Of a DNA stretch of 64,000 bases, positions 62,800 through 64,000 are shown piece after piece (position 1 is the first letter of the stretch; every line of letters begins with the position of its first letter). Source of the stretch: Naegleria gruberi (lineage: Eukaryota); assembly GCA_000004985.1 (NCBI GenBank), contig GG738891.1. One strand, 5' to 3'. The translations under genes and the position numbers were made by a program. The notes beneath the pieces were generated by a model, which saw only the letters and a list, made by a program, of their open reading frames with translations, was not told the DNA's origin and did no database searches.

Positions 62800-64000
62800 A
62801 TTATTTTTAATTTTTAAAGAAAAGAGAGCTATTCAACTTTGTCCATTAGTTTAATAATCAAGTTTACACATCAATGAAAAGCACAATATTAACTTGAATA
62901 GGAGTTCATTGAGTTATCTTTAAACATGGAATGCAAATGGATAGGAATCTAAGGATGATAATAATTTAATCATTTCTTCATTCTCAGTTGGAAGTGTAAC
63001 TTCGAGTGGTGATAAGAAATCATTCACATTCACTAACGTTGCTGGAAATGTTGGCACTCAAACATTTACCTATGTAAGCTAATGCCAATTATTACATTAT
63101 CTCACAAATTGATATCAGAATCAGTGGTTTCATTCTTGAACAGTAAAACAAGATCAATTTAGTTAATTTAGTTGATTCAAGGCCTGCAACATAATAGAGG
63201 ATCCAATGCTCTTATTCTTGAAACTGCATTCTTGTCAGCTTTAATACTAGAATCACACACGCGTTCCTGCAAGTTTGTTCGCTACTACAACACTGCAGTA
63301 AATATAGCAGTTTTACTTGGAAGAATATTAGACAACATAATGTAATAATAAGATAAGTATATAACAATAGCTAGTCTATGAACAACCGGGTATGAAGTAA
63401 TAAACTTATTAATAAAACATCTTACCATTAGAGTAATATGTGAAATACTATTCTAATTGGCAAACCGTAATAGTACACCAATATATATATGTTCTTTGCA
63501 AATCCAACATTGTGTGACAATCGTTTAGTATAACGAATAGCATTCCTTGTATTTGCTTATTAACGGTAGCTTAATGTAATTCGCATGGTGTTGTGGTTTG
63601 AGGAATGTTATTAATATGTATTATTGTTCTAAATCTTGAGCAGTTGATATGTATTGTTGTTAGATGAGTGTTGAACTATCCTTTTGACAGTATGCAAACG
63701 ATATCGGGTCTAAAGTTTTAGCCTAAGTTTATCTCTTGTCATTATTTACTTTTATTTGAGACAACAGGCTCCTATCTGGATGCTCCATGTTCCACTATGC
63801 GGCTTTAAACACTTGTCTAGAAATATGTGCGAGTGGTGGAAAGGCCAGATTAATCTCCATCTCTGTAAAATTATCATTTTTGATCACATGACCCTTTATT
63901 GTCTCAATTTTATTGAACCAATTTTTTAGATAATGAACCAAATCCTAAAATAATTCATCCATTGGAAATTCGCTCCATAAATTTTCTTGACAAAATTCAC
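62800..64000. other. Compositionally distinct terminal region with no long ORF (possible multi-exon gene fragment, degenerate mobile element or ncRNA locus)
   Basis: No ORF of 60 aa or more on either strand over 1.2 kb, in a window where genes otherwise occur every 1.6 kb. GC is higher and GC-rich codons (ggc, ctg, cgc, acg) appear in short open segments, e.g. 62988..63073 flanked by tctcag| and |gtaagc, and 63180..63350 (LIQGLQHNRGSNALILETAFLSALILESHTRSCKFVRYYNTAVNIAVLLGRILDNIM). Confidence 0.3.

Noticed and set aside
1-64000. CRISPR arrays, operons, bacterial promoters/terminators, prophage or IS elements
   Set aside because: None seen. No direct-repeat/spacer periodicity. Gene organisation, introns and gene content are eukaryotic.
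1-64000. Ciliate (TAA/TAG=Gln) or other variant genetic code
   Set aside because: TAA and TGA terminate genes exactly where homologues end (HslU, Elongin C, RPB8, BBS8). Reading through would add unrelated tails.
1-64000. Dictyostelium as the source organism
   Set aside because: Codon usage and Asn-rich tracts fit, but dictyostelids lack cilia and BBSome genes. The intergenic regions here are also less AT-extreme than in D. discoideum.
1-64000. Cryptomonad/chlorarachniophyte nucleomorph as an explanation for the compactness and 40-50-nt introns
   Set aside because: The gene content (BBS8, large regulatory proteins, F-box families, a 2096-aa coiled-coil) is far too rich for a nucleomorph.

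Overview
This window is not prokaryotic. It is AT-rich (roughly 30-35% GC), very gene-dense nuclear DNA from a unicellular eukaryote, with about 40 protein-coding genes on both strands plus one tRNA-Ala(UGC). Introns are spliceosomal and mostly ultra-short (38-78 nt, one of 207 nt), with GTAAGT/GTATGT/GTGAGT donors and YAG acceptors. Start codons sit in an A-rich context (aaaaATG). Many proteins carry Asn/Ser/Thr/Gln/His homopolymers, encoded by AAT/CAT microsatellites. Two runs of 50 N (51528..51577 and 61888..61937) mark a scaffolded draft assembly. The six-frame ORF track uses bacterial starts (GTG/TTG) and cannot see introns, so several of its M residues are not real starts, and ORFs that run off the window edge are missing from it. 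A BBSome subunit (BBS8/TTC8), MORN-repeat and tubulin-like genes imply a flagellated organism. HslU (the mitochondrial HslUV protease ATPase) and two formate/nitrite transporter (FNT) genes argue against an animal or classical fungal origin. The standard genetic code is used. Codon usage and the low-complexity tracts look dictyostelid- or heterolobosean-like (Naegleria-like is one candidate), but the genus cannot be fixed from sequence alone. Confidently recognised genes are SUV39-like SET methyltransferase (partial), Elongin C, an acyl-CoA synthetase, PABP, an atypical two-domain E2F, a TBC1D15-like RabGAP, RPL37, SNRNP40, tRNA isopentenyltransferase, a SIRT7-like sirtuin, BBS8, a Ser/Thr kinase, HslU, a YhhN/TMEM86-like membrane protein, a divergent beta-tubulin-like protein, MTFP1/MTP18, RPB8 and tandem FNT transporters. 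There is also a 2096-aa internally repetitive coiled-coil protein and several F-box/LRR, WD40, TPR-MYND and hypothetical proteins. No CRISPR arrays, operons or prokaryotic mobile elements are present. The most interesting observations are: (1) extreme packing, with divergent ATGs 25 bp apart and convergent CDS ends that overlap or abut; (2) a beta-tubulin paralogue lacking the N-terminal GTP-binding loop; (3) tandem FNT paralogues that differ by an intron and a frameshift and share a short motif inside otherwise unrelated low-complexity N-terminal extensions; (4) several coding regions that extend upstream with no in-frame ATG; (5) a compositionally distinct terminal 1.2 kb.
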